64,000 nucleotides of DNA, taken from Eutreptiella sp. 'Long Island Sound 2002' (lineage: Eukaryota; Protista; Euglenida). The position numbers and the translations under genes were made by a program. Below the pieces are notes generated by a model, which worked only from the letters and a program-made list of their open reading frames with translations, was not told where the DNA came from and made no database searches. The first letter of the stretch is position 1. Each line of letters starts with the position of its first letter. Positions 34,601-43,488 of this stretch are shown here, one piece after another. The stretch spans positions 146,878,001 through 146,942,000 of the forward strand of contig OZ038378.1 in the NCBI GenBank assembly GCA_964036045.1. The letters run 5' to 3'.

Positions 34601-36753
34601 GGGAGTAGAGACTTTTGCATATTTTTTCCTAGGCACCCAGTACACCGCCTGCCCCCCCCCCCCCCCCCCGCCCCCCATTCCCATGCACATGCAAAATTGG
34701 CAAAATGATGGTCAGACGGGCTCCTCGTGACTAGTCAAGACTGTACGTGCGCTTGTTTGGGGTATGACAAAGACAAGTCATGGCATTGGGGATAACGGCT
34801 CAGATTGCAATGTGCATTTGTACTTCCTAGTTAAGTTGGCTTAGCACAACATTGCTGTGAACAGAAGGGGTTGTCACTGGCATGAACTAGCCCTTCTTTT
34901 CCTCCACAATCGACACACAACCACATCACATTACATTTCTTCCCTCAAAAACTGTGATGAGAACAAACTAGGGCCACAACATTCTTTTGTTTAGACAAGG
35001 CCATGCATGCGCAAGGGTGCCAGGGATGAAGAAATTATACCCAGAGGTGCTAGTGCACCAATTTAACATTTTAGAATGGCAAATAGGGTCACGGTGTGTG
35101 CATTCTCATATGTGTGCGCAACTACAATTTGCTTGGTTGTGGAAAGTTTCCCAAACTGTGAATTGTAGGGAAGGTGGGAACAGCTTTGTGATGAGTGGGT
35201 TTCACCCGTTGTCAAAGCAGCTCACTATATTCACTACGATATTCCCCTTGCAATTTGTCCGTGTTTCTTTGTGCCATTGGTAAGCTGCAGACCTGCAGAC
35301 CCATTGCGTTTGGAATACAAGCCTCCGCCTCCAATTGCGGCATGCCCAACAAAAAATTTGCTCGCGTTGCTATGCCCCTCTGCCATTGGTTCTAGCCTCT
35401 CAGTATTGCATATTATTACCCTTTGTACCCTATTTTCTTCTTATTCTCCTCGTTCCTTGGTTTTGGCCCCAAAGTGTGATGAAGTCGAATCGCCCACAAC
35501 GTCGGCCCAAATTGTCACCATTGTTCAAAAGTACGATGGTTGGCATGGCAAGGCTGCATGCAAACTTCCCAATGCCGTAGGCACTCAACAAAGCTCCAAA
35601 GCGAGATCATGTGAAGGATTATCAAAGTGACCTTCAAAAAAAAAGAGCACCCAATACACAAGAGGCCCCCATTTAGCCCCTACATTTTAGTGCTTTGTTC
35701 CTTGCACACATGAAGGCTTGCTTGAATAGTCGGGCTGCATTAAGCCGTGTGCATAGTATAGATGCAGAGCAAAAAAAAATTATGCATCACATGTCTATCA
35801 CGCTTCTCAGTCGGTTATTGGCACAGGCCATGCTGTTTTGCTGCTTTGTTGCTGCTTCGTTGTTGGCCTCACTAACAAGTGTTTGCCACCAACCCTACCT
35901 TCGACGAGTAGCACTACTTTGGACAGGCCACTGTAGTGTTTTTCCGCTTCTGCGTTCGCTTTCACGTGCACACTTCACTCATGTAAGCTTAGGTCCCGGC
36001 ATAGAGACCACATGTTTGTGTGACAAGTTTCTGCTTTGACCCCTCAGTAGACGAGTGTCATTTCAGTTATCTCCATCCCAACAACCCTCCCGTAGAGGCA
36101 CACAAGTGTGTGCCTCCTTCTTGAAATATTCCAAGACACCTCCCACATGCACTCGCTTTTGTGCCGTTTTCTTCACGTCCCATGTATCCATTCAGTACCA
36201 CTTTGTGTCATACATTCTAGGCCCGAGACTTCTGGTGCGTAGAGGGCACTCAATTGTGTGTTTGTGTGCTACATGCACTCCCTCACTTGCGCCGAAAATG
36301 AACACAAAGCTTTCAGCCAAAATGAAGCAAGCTCTTGTTTGAAGCCTAGCGCGCGAAGCAATCAATAAGCAGACAAACAATGAAACTCCAATTTTCGGGA
36401 TCTTTCTGAATTCTCCAAAGTAAGCTTTTGGGCTTGAGATTTGGGGCTCATCGGCTAAATGACAAAAGGAAAACCACAACGGCCGTGCACCACCTCCCAT
36501 CTGCCGCATGCACCCCCTCCTCTCCCCACCTCCTGCCAGCACTCCGTGTCCCCCTCCATCCCTCACCTCCACAGCGAAGAAGGACCCCGTGAAGAACTCG
36601 CCATCCCCAGTGCTGAGTGGTAAGCCCCCGGATCTTGATTTCATGGAATTCCAGGATTCTCCTCTGGACGATGGGTTTGGAGTGGCGGACTGGAACCAGC
36701 ACATCGCCAACTTCGAGGCCTCGTTGCGCTCCCGAAACCGGCTCCAGGCGTAG
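4458..36753 (+). CDS. Multi-exon gene A: unnamed protein with C2-like N-terminal region, central coiled coil and Pro-rich C-terminus (~600 aa recovered; first exon(s) not found)
   Basis: Hand-built model from AG/GT-bounded, GC3-rich segments: 4458-4610, 6238-6305 (or 6299), 8543-8621, 10689-10739 (tentative), 12980/13000-13093, 14718-14862 (1-nt frameshift), 18987-19234, 25383-25515, 26468-26533, 26712-26803, 30024-30206, 32464-32552, 33014-33232, 36575-36753 (TAG). Phases chain apart from the 10.7-13.0 kb junctions and the frameshift. First exon starts in phase 1, so upstream coding sequence is missing. Confidence 0.75.
5061..5324. mobile_element. Probable MITE with G(n)TA / TAC(n) termini
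   Basis: Inverted G14TA ... TAC13 ends around an AT-rich interior; no clean TSD found. Confidence 0.45.
6238..6305 (+). CDS. Gene A exon (GRLPLDTLLNAKNPNIKVPLE[VN])
   Basis: Acceptor cgccctcag; phase 1 matches the previous exon; donor GTATGT at 6306 (alternative GT at 6300, same phase). Confidence 0.8.
6925..7048 (-). repeat. (AACCGCC)n-carrying dispersed element, copy 2
   Basis: Reverse complement: CCTTCAGGACAGCCC head ... CCAACCTTTGAAG tail. Confidence 0.85.
8543..8621 (+). CDS. Gene A exon (VYDHETRQWIVEKGGVLHCNVALDDG)
   Basis: Acceptor gtctgtgtccag, phase 0 in and phase 1 out; reads as the last C2 strand. Confidence 0.8.
9367..10336. mobile_element. hAT-type non-autonomous element related to the 26.9-kb one, with a nested insertion
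   Basis: 8-bp TSD GTTGAGGT at 9359-9366 and 10337-10344; ends CAAGCATG.. / ..GGGCTTG; shared subterminal GCATGCCGCAGC motifs. Confidence 0.8.
9657..10153. mobile_element. ~500-bp MITE with G-run/C-run TIRs nested in the hAT element
   Basis: Left CCG(n)TTCCG, right CAGAAC(n)TG; AT-richer interior; subterminal GGAATTTTCC motifs; TA on both flanks. Confidence 0.6.
10689..10739 (+). CDS. Gene A tentative exon (GGGGDGGEAMDPVPAPEG)
   Basis: Acceptor ccccttttgtgtgcag and phase 1 entry fit; donor position ambiguous. Confidence 0.4.
12980..13093 (+). CDS. Gene A exon (..GDPLKKKKEVIIGGVEDSSAMREKELEIGRR)
   Basis: GC3-rich and protein-like; two possible acceptors (exon start 12980 phase 1, or 13000 phase 0); donor GTGCGT at 13094. 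Confidence 0.7.
14325..14526 (+). repeat. (AACCGCC)n-carrying dispersed element, copy 3
   Basis: GTTAAGGACAACCCC head plus repeat. Confidence 0.85.
14718..14862 (+). CDS. Gene A exon with an apparent 1-nt deletion (AMVSELEDAEAL[G]REQLAIEERYLRGLLHADHVREAAAVAHRARARGKQ)
   Basis: Acceptor ctcttccgcag; both halves are protein-like but in different frames, switching at ctgggcgggag. Confidence 0.65.
16293..17808. repeat. Tandem array of 26 units: 44-bp core plus variable G-run
   Basis: Core CTGGTATGACGTGTGCTTGACTGTTGACTAGCACACCACACGAC followed by about 12-17 G. Confidence 0.97.
18987..19234 (+). CDS. Gene A exon, coiled coil (IAEQERQAMERQEMRDREF...RAIGNVSAGV)
   Basis: Acceptor ccctgtcccag; E/R/Q/A-rich helix; phase 2 donor at 19235 matches the next exon. 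Confidence 0.85.
19266..23264. repeat. 42-bp minisatellite, ~95 copies, intronic
   Basis: Unit GTGCGGTTTAYGCAAGAGCCCACCACCTGCTGTGCGCCCA(CG/GG). Confidence 0.98.
23388..24122 (+). mobile_element. Penelope-like retroelement relic (RT palm/thumb)
   Basis: RYLDD at ~23499, FLD at ~23631, then P.HIRIAWVRAEFIRYIRI, which fits the PLE-type RT C-terminal region; no upstream RT domains or GIY-YIG seen. Confidence 0.65.
25383..25515 (+). CDS. Gene A exon (RELHKAQDERHWMKTLAPKTNDPYSYKAYQDWEGRFLLEREAKVE)
   Basis: Acceptor gtccgtgccgcag; phase 2 in, phase 0 out. Confidence 0.85.
26161..26322 (+). repeat. ~160-bp dispersed element ending in a C-run; second copy at 58551-58712
   Basis: Highly similar direct copies; 3' fragment at 18813-18850. 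Confidence 0.85.
26468..26533 (+). CDS. Gene A exon (RDAEAKAKKNTAVPHINPHVDE)
   Basis: Acceptor ggtgtgcag; donor GTATGCCC at 26534; phase 0/0. Confidence 0.8.
26712..26803 (+). CDS. Gene A exon (EHRHLTDTFMAGAKGLMKTKWMMTTTLDLP)
   Basis: Acceptor gcctctttcag; phase 0 in, phase 2 out. Confidence 0.8.
26902..27322 (+). mobile_element. 421-bp hAT deletion derivative retaining the C-terminal dimerisation-domain fragment
   Basis: TIR CAAGCATGTG / CACATGCTTG; 8-bp TSD GTCTTGGG at 26894-26901 and 27323-27330; internal frame VERTLSLMGHIQTKDRLHMGNNTLRHLAMMYVNK matches the hAT dimerisation pattern. Confidence 0.85.
27700..27795 (+). repeat. (AACCGCC)n-carrying dispersed element, copy 4 (no head)
   Basis: Repeat plus CCAACCTTTAAAG tail. 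Confidence 0.8.
28543..28812 (+). repeat. Dispersed ~270-bp element; rearranged copy at 12013-12380
   Basis: 5' half matches 12013-12170 inverted; 3' half matches 12258-12380 direct. Confidence 0.85.
29546..29749 (+). repeat. (AACCGCC)n-carrying dispersed element, copy 5 (head and tail)
   Basis: CCCTTAAGGACAGCCC ... CCAACCTTTAAAGG. Confidence 0.9.
30024..30206 (+). CDS. Gene A exon, Pro-rich (SANMTSAAPSPLGLKTYPP...QIPNAFH)
   Basis: Acceptor tctcctccgcag; donor GTATGCCC at 30207; strong GC3 bias identifies the frame. Confidence 0.75.
31720..32025 (+). repeat. (AACCGCC)n-carrying dispersed element, copy 6
   Basis: CTAAGGACCGCCCC head plus a longer degenerate repeat. Confidence 0.8.
32464..32552 (+). 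CDS. Gene A exon (SSMSATGPMPSPRNNAVSAPTPITDPSALQ)
   Basis: Acceptor ctcgtcggtgcag; donor GTATGCCC at 32553; phase 2 in, phase 1 out. Confidence 0.75.
33014..33232 (+). CDS. Gene A exon, Pro/Ala-rich (GMAPIPPGPPAPRRPPP...FRPVRITAAA)
   Basis: Acceptor cgcgtgcacag; phase 1/1. Confidence 0.7.
36575..36753 (+). CDS. Gene A terminal exon (AKKDPVKNSPSPVLSGKPPDLDFMEFQDSPLDDGFGVADWNQHIANFEASLRSRNRLQA*)
   Basis: Acceptor ccctcacctccacag; phase 1 matches; ends in TAG. Confidence 0.75.
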
Positions 36754-39700
36754 CCCCGCCTCTGCCCCATCTTCGCCACCATCCGAGCCCCACCCCACCC
36801 CACAACACAGTGACTGAGCAGGAGATCCTCAGCCCCTGAGGCCCTCTGTCCCACTCTGGTTGGTCCCCCTTTCCCCTGTTCAATGCGACGGTTGTCGTTG
36901 TGCGTCAGGCCTTGCGCCGCAAGTCGGAGGAGAGGCCTTTTTGGAGGGAGGAGCCCCCCTCTAACCCCCAGTCCACCGTCTGCCACGCGCTCCCATGGGC
37001 CCACGTCTGTGGTCGGGGGTGAGGGGGGGGGGGTCATCGGGGGTGGCGGGACCGGGGGCCGTGGGGAGGCTTTGTAGGTCTGCCATCCCCTGTGACTCGG
37101 ATCCGGGGTCTACCCCGGGATCCAACCGAAAGGCTGTCGCCCGCTCCTTGGCCCTGGGGGAGGGGTCTGCGTTTGGGGGCACGCCCGCACACACATGGCG
37201 TCGTATCCACAGGACCGGACCTGGAAAAGGGGGAGGGCGAGGCACCCCCCCCCCCTCTGCCCGTCCAAGCCCCAGGCCCACAGTGCACGTGTGGCTCCAA
37301 AGGTGGACGGCCTGTGGAGCCCGGGAGGGGGGGGCATCCCGGGGCCCACCGCGTCCGCCCACAATGGCCACCGTATTTTTTTTTGTTGGGGGGGGGGGGG
37401 GGGCGGGTTGTGATGGTGGTCCCCGTCCGGCAACGAAGAACAGGCGGCGACAAACCAGAGGAAGGCCGCACCGGTGCCTGCCCTTCTCGTGCGCAAAGCC
37501 CCGACTTCACCGACCCCCCCCCCTCCCCCTCCGCAACAGCCGCTACACCCCCCCCCCCCCCTCCCCCTCAGTCCGTCTCCATGTGCCCTGTGTGTCCCTG
37601 TCCTGCGTGCCATGTCAGCACCGCGTCGTGCTCTGGGCGGACGGCGGCGACCGGATGTCCACTCACCAGATCGTGCCCGGGGGGCCTCCCACGGCCCTTG
37701 GCACACACCCCCCCCACACCCCCTCCCCCACACTCTCCACGTGACTGTATCTGCATGTTCCTCTGCCTCTCTCCCTCCTTCCCCTCCTTCCCCCCGGTTC
37801 CCCCCTCCCCTCCCCCTCCTCCCCCCCATGACCCCTCGGTTCCCGCATCTAAACTGCACTGCAACTCCTCCCCCACCGCAGCATCGCCCCAAATGCCCCC
37901 CCTCCCCCCCCAATGCCCATCGTCGGGGGGAAGGTCGGGCACCCCGTGCCCCACGTCGCCAGGGCACCCGCCCCGAGGGCGAGGGGACGGCGGTCCCCCC
38001 GACCCATTTCACAAGGCCCTGAGGCGCCGCATCAGCAACGGCCGTGCCCCACCGGCAGCGGGTGTTGCTGCTGCGCTTTGTTCGGCGCGTTCGCCGCCGT
38101 CCGCGCCAAAAGGGGGATTGCGAGGCCCCTCCTCTCGACAGCCCTGCCCCCCCCGGCCCCCGCTGACCTCCGTGTGTGTCGTCCTGCATGTCCACGTCCT
38201 GCGTCCCCCACTGCCTGACCCTCTCCCTCTCTCCACGTCCCACGTCGTTCCCGTGCCCTCGCGGCCCCGCCTCTGCACACGGGCCGGTACCGGAGGTCGC
38301 GTGCACACGGGCCGGTACCGGAGGTCGCGTGCGCTCTGCAAATGTCGAGTTGTTTTGGACGGGGCATCTTCGGTCATCGCGTTCATGTCCGAGCCTCCCC
38401 GGGTCTCGGGCGTGCCAGGCCCCCGCCCCCCGTCCCTCTGAGCCCGTGCCGAGAGCCCGGACACACGGATGGGCTGGGGCAGGGCCGTGGCGCGCCGGCC
38501 GTCCGGCCCCACGGCCCCCGATGCGCCATCGTGGCACGGGGGCGGCGCAAGGCGGCCGCAGGTGACCGCTCCCACGGAACGCCGCCCCGGCCGGTGTGCG
38601 CGGACGTCCGCGGGTCCCGGCGGCAAAGCGGACGCGCCGACTGCATTTCCGAGGGATTGTGTTGTGGGCCGCCCCCGCCCGCGGGCCGCGGCACCCCCTC
38701 CGCCCCATCACCCCTTCGCCTAACCCCCCCCCTGCCTGCCCTACTCCCTGCCGGCCTTTGTGCCGCCCCCTCTAAACCCATTGCCCCGAGGCCCCAGAGC
38801 TTGTGTTTGAGAATCCTCTAAACCGCAGCGCCCTCCTTCTCTCGCCAGCCCCCCTGATCCCTCTGAGCCTCGTCCGATGGTTTGCCTTTGACTCCCGCAG
38901 CCCCGGGCACATGCCGCCGGGGCCGGGTGCACAGGGGCGCGAAGCCCCGTGCGGACGCAGGGGGGGGGGGGCGCATCGCGCTCAGGTCCCCTGCCTCCCC
39001 TAGTCAACGAGGGAAGAGGAGGCGTAGGAGGTACCCGCATCGGTGCACGGGTCCATAGACGTCCGCTGCAGCAGATCCATCGCAGATCCCATTGCCATCG
39101 CACCACCGCTGGGGCGCCCTCAATGGGGAAGGTGGGGGTATCAAGGGTGGCCTTCGTGAATGGCGCCGCGGTGCTCGTTGGGCAGGTTCGGGGGCCACAG
39201 ATGAGGGCCGCCACGGATCTCCCACTCCCGAGCCCCTACACACACGGACACTCACCACCTCCACAGATGCTCTGGCCGAGGGGAGGGGGCGGCTGCGGGA
39301 GGGCGCCGGTAGCTCGCCCCTTCTCAGAGATGAGCCGAGGCAGAGCGCGCCCTCGTTATGACAGTCAACCCGGAGACCCATGCGGGCCTTCCCCTATCGC
39401 ATGGCGTTGTTCCCACACACACACACACACGGGGCAGAGCACCCGACGCGGGGCGCGTGGCCCTCCCCCCCAGGGCCTCACATCAACACGACCTCATCCC
39501 ACGGGGGGGGCCCACGCATTATCCTGCGCCCCACACGACCCGATCCCGCAGTACGGCCAGGCCCCTCCGGCCTCCCCCGGCGCTGCGCTAACCCTCTACC
39601 GCCGCCAGCACCTCGTGCCCCCGTGCCCATGGAGGCGGGCCCTCCGCCGCCTCCGTGGCCTCCGTGCCCCCGCAACACCCGGACGTCACCCCCTCCACAA

Positions 39701-40583
39701 CAGTGCCACCGCTGCGGGCAACCCCCGCATCCGCGGGAACGCCGGCGGTGTAGCCGCTTGTCCGCTGCCGGCCCACGTTTGTTCAAGGCCCCATCGATGG
39801 TGGGGGACCAGAGATGACAAGTGTCGGTCCCTGTGCCGTGGCGGGCCCTGCCATGCGACCCTGCAACCCCCTCCCCCGCACGCCACAGGGGCACGGTGCA
39901 GCCCCGCGGAGCGGCGGGACACCCGCCCCACCCTGACCCGCCTCCTGCGCTTTTCCTCGCCTAAGAGATGTATGGGGGAACACCCAATGCAGCGTGGGCC
40001 CGCGGCGCATGGGTCAGGCAGCGGAAGGAGATCGATGCTGGCGATGATGGGCATCGCCGGCGGTGTTTGTATTGGATGTTGCACGCTGGAGCACCGCCCC
40101 TTGGGGTGCTCCGATGGCAACCCCCTCTCCATTGTACACAACGTGCTCGTACCCCCGCCTGTGGGGATGGAAGCGTAGTTGTGGTCGTACAAGGACAGTG
40201 ATTGTTTTCTGTTGGCTGCTCTCTTGCTTGTGCCCATTTGGAGGGAAGGGGGTGTGCATCCGTGTGCCTCGTGTCTTTTGTTTTGGATGCCCCCTTTGCG
40301 TTCGTTCTGTTCCCTGTTCGGTGCCTTTTTGTTTTTGGGGTGAGGGGGCAGACGGGGCCTGGCAGGAGAGGAAGGCAAAATCAGGCATCGACTTCGCAGA
40401 CCTGGACACAGGGCTAGTATTGCCGGAGGGGGGGGGGGGGGGCGTTTAAAGGGGTGAGCTTGGTACTTTTTTTTTTTGGCAGTGTGCGACTTTTGAACCC
40501 GCACCCTCTTTTTACCACTGGCCCAGGTTTTCCGCCCCTAGGGATTGCATATGTCCATTGATGTGTGTGGGTCTCTCTCTCTG

Positions 40584-40618
<35 letters not shown>

Positions 40619-40639
40619 TTCTGAGTGTCTAATCAATGT

Positions 40640-41900
40640 TGCAAGGTGCCCATACCACCATGGCTGTGTGATTTGGTCGTCTTCTCATCTCACTGGGCCG
40701 TGGGTTGGTACTGACGAGAATACTGGTCGCTCAGATTTCCATTTGGACATCCGGCGCAAGGCCTGTACCGTGCACATGGAATCCGGGGATTTCGCAGTCG
40801 GGGGTGTGTTGAGGCATGGAGGGGGTGTAGCAGACTGGTCACAGTGTGTTTCGGGTGCCACATGAGGTATGCATTCCAATTTTGGGGGGCAGATGTGCAT
40901 TGCATTTGGAAACTTTGCCCGCAGAACCCCCTTTTGTGAATTTGGTGTACCATTGGTGACAGAAGGGGGGCTGCCATACCGGAAGGGCAAGTACATCGGT
41001 TCGCTGCGTCAATTTCGTGATGATATCTTGTTAGGGACAGACGCACCTGCCCATGAACAGGCAGTCTTACAGGGGGCGTGGGACCTCAACGTCGTCACGA
41101 CTGCGTGACCAAACACGACTGCTGCTGGTGTGGTTGCCAAGGTGGTGGGCGTGGTGCTCATTGGGCAACCCCATGGACAGGGCACTGGTTTTGTTCAGCC
41201 CTTGGCTTTGACTGCCAACTGGCAATCGCACTCAGTGAAGATGTAGCCAGACACATCCCTGTCACTCTACCCATGGAAAGGCGCTCGGCCGCCAATGGTC
41301 ATTTTCTTTGACTGGCTGGTTGCCCTGACGAGAACAGAGCCCTCAGCACCTTTTCTACCACCGGGTTGGCATGTATTACGTGTGTGTGCGTGTGCGTCAG
41401 GCCTGTTGCTCTAAATCTAGTGGCACTTGACAGCGTGGCTGCAGCAGTAGGGGTCAGGGAGAAGTCAGGATTCTCAGTACTGCATTGCATCTGCGCTGAC
41501 CAGTGCCACACATTGCGCTGTTCCCAACCAACCGAAAGACGTCCAGGGCTGCCCGGCAGCTCCTGAGGAGTTTTCTTTCACCGCTTTCTTGCGTTGTTCT
41601 CGTTTGCGGTTCCCATCGTGTGTGTTAGGGTCGAGCCCCCGGTCTAGTTGTGTATTGCCGGTTGCTGACTGAGTCCCCCATATCTGGAGCATTTGTATTG
41701 GAGTGTGGGTGTTTCTCTTTCACACTTTCCGCTTTGGTTGTGACAAAGTGTGTGTCTGTGCCTATCATTCAGATCGTTGCGTGGGGATGGGGCAAATGGT
41801 TCACCGTTGGCAAGCAGGAGCCCATTGCAGAGGCATGTCAAGGCCTGAGTTTCCGAGTGTCTATTTTGTGTTTTCGGGCATGCAGGTCCGCCACATGTAT
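40640..41900 (+). mobile_element. Degenerate reverse-transcriptase relic (PLE-like)
   Basis: RQFRDDILLG at ~41007 in broken frames; ~110 bp (41520-41625) also occurs inverted at 29385-29480. Confidence 0.45.
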
Positions 41901-41919
41901 TGCCCGGCGAGCCTCTGCA

Positions 41920-43488
41920 ATGAAGCACCGTGGACCGCTCGCCGCCCTCATTGTCCTGTGCCTGCCCTTGACCTTCTTCGTGGGCCTGCGCTACGAGGGG
42001 CAGCAGGTCCAAGCAGATGACCTCCTCCCCTACCGGGCGCCCCCGCACGCCTCCGCAGCCGCCACAGGCCCACCGACCGCATCGCCGGCGGCTGCCGCGC
42101 CGGGCGGTGCGGCCATGCGCCGCACGGAGCCGGCGACGGCCCCACCGTCACGGGGCACTGTCCACTCCATGCCCTTGACCTCCCCCATCGCCCCCCGGGA
42201 GCATCCCCCACACGCGACGTCCGGGTCGCCGCGGCCCCACGACGCCCCTGCCGCTCCCAACGGCACTCACGCCGATTCGGAGCCGCGCGCGCGGCCCGAG
42301 ACGGAGCCGCACGCGCGGCCCTCCGCACCGCAGGCGGCGCCGGGACCGCCGGGGTCTAAGGCCCCAAGGGCGGTGACGCTGCTGATGACGCACATGCAGG
42401 CGTTCAGCAACCGGTGGCTGCACCCCAGGGAGTTCCCGTGCCCCCTGGTGAAGTGCGTCGTGCACAAGGCCAACAAGACGGACTTCCAGGCGCAGCTGCG
42501 GCGGGCGGACATCCTGCAGTACGACTCGACCCTCCTGCGGTCCGGCGGGGCGTTCGAGTACGACCTGAGGGGCAACCCGCAGCGGCTGTTCCTGATGATG
42601 GTCAACGTCGAGAACCTCCGCCGGCACCTGGAGTTCTACCGGACCCTCAACTGGTGGGTGGGCTGGCTCTGGAAGGATCCCACGCTGTGGGAGCACTTCC
42701 ACATTGTCTCCTCCACGGAGCCCGGGTCCATCGCCCCGTACAACTACTGGGTGGACTGGATGGAGGCGGAGGCGGTGCGCCCGTACGTCGCGCAGTACCA
42801 GAAGCGCGCGCGCAGGTTGAAGCACGCGGCGCCCCTGGTGCTGTTCATGTCCTCGCACCAGGGCCGGCCGTTCACGCTGTTCAACGCCACGACCGACCGG
42901 GCCAAGCTCGCGAAGGCCATGCTCAAGGCGGTCAGCATGATGGTCGTGGGGCAGGTGCGGCAGCTCATGGGCATGGCGCCCAACGCCAAGAAGGACTTCG
43001 GCGACTGCCCCCAGATCCGGCACCTCCCGTACTCCACTCTGTGCATGCTCAGCCAGTACCTGTTCTTCTTCGTGGTCGAGAACTCGGTGGACTGGGGCTA
43101 CGTGTCCGAGAAGGTGTACTACAGCCTCGCGGTGGGCACGGTCCCGGTGTACCTCGGGGCCCCGGACATCGACAACTACGTGCCGCCCCGGTCCATCATC
43201 AAGGTGACCGACTTCCCCTCGTTGCAGGCCCTGGGCGGCTACCTCAAGTGCCTCGTGAACATGCGGCCGGACCTCTACGACTACTATCTGAACTGGAAGT
43301 CCCGCACGAACGAGGCGTGGGCGGCGTGGTCCTCCATGGCCAGCCACCCCTTCTGCAGGGCGTGCAGTCTGGTGGCGCGCAACGACAGCGTCCTGTACGA
43401 CCGGAAGGCACGGGTGCCGCGCGTGCTCAAGCACGTCTTCCCCAGCGCCGAGGGCTCTCAGAGGCCGTTCCCGGAGTGCATGCCGTAG
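41920..43488 (+). CDS. Glycosyltransferase family 10 (alpha-1,3/4-fucosyltransferase-like), type II membrane protein, 522 aa, intronless
   Basis: N-terminal MKHRGPLAALIVLCLPLTFFVGL signal-anchor, Pro/Ala stem, and the GT10 motif YLFFFVVENSVDWGYVSEKVYYSLAVGTVPVYLGAP..IKVTDFPSLQALGGYL; very high GC3. ATG 41920 is preferred over the track's 41650 start. Confidence 0.9.
   Translation: MKHRGPLAALIVLCLPLTFFVGLRYEGQQVQADDLLPYRAPPHASAAATGPPTASPAAAAPGGAAMRRTEPATAPPSRGTVHSMPLTSPIAPREHPPHATSGSPRPHDAPAAPNGTHADSEPRARPETEPHARPSAPQAAPGPPGSKAPRAVTLLMTHMQAFSNRWLHPREFPCPLVKCVVHKANKTDFQAQLRRADILQYDSTLLRSGGAFEYDLRGNPQRLFLMMVNVENLRRHLEFYRTLNWWVGWLWKDPTLWEHFHIVSSTEPGSIAPYNYWVDWMEAEAVRPYVAQYQKRARRLKHAAPLVLFMSSHQGRPFTLFNATTDRAKLAKAMLKAVSMMVVGQVRQLMGMAPNAKKDFGDCPQIRHLPYSTLCMLSQYLFFFVVENSVDWGYVSEKVYYSLAVGTVPVYLGAPDIDNYVPPRSIIKVTDFPSLQALGGYLKCLVNMRPDLYDYYLNWKSRTNEAWAAWSSMASHPFCRACSLVARNDSVLYDRKARVPRVLKHVFPSAEGSQRPFPECMP

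Noticed and set aside
4611-36574. Euglenid non-canonical (non GT-AG) introns
   Set aside because: Every junction I could reconstruct is GT-AG; non-canonical introns cannot be detected without transcripts.
37000-40500. Many long Gly/Pro/Arg-rich ORFs on both strands
   Set aside because: Expected from very high GC and homopolymer content. I could not build a phase-consistent exon chain, though a small hidden exon cannot be excluded.
41650-41919. 90-aa N-terminal extension of the fucosyltransferase
   Set aside because: Non-ATG start, low GC3, lies upstream of an AG acceptor, and would bury the signal-anchor; it probably belongs to the RT relic.
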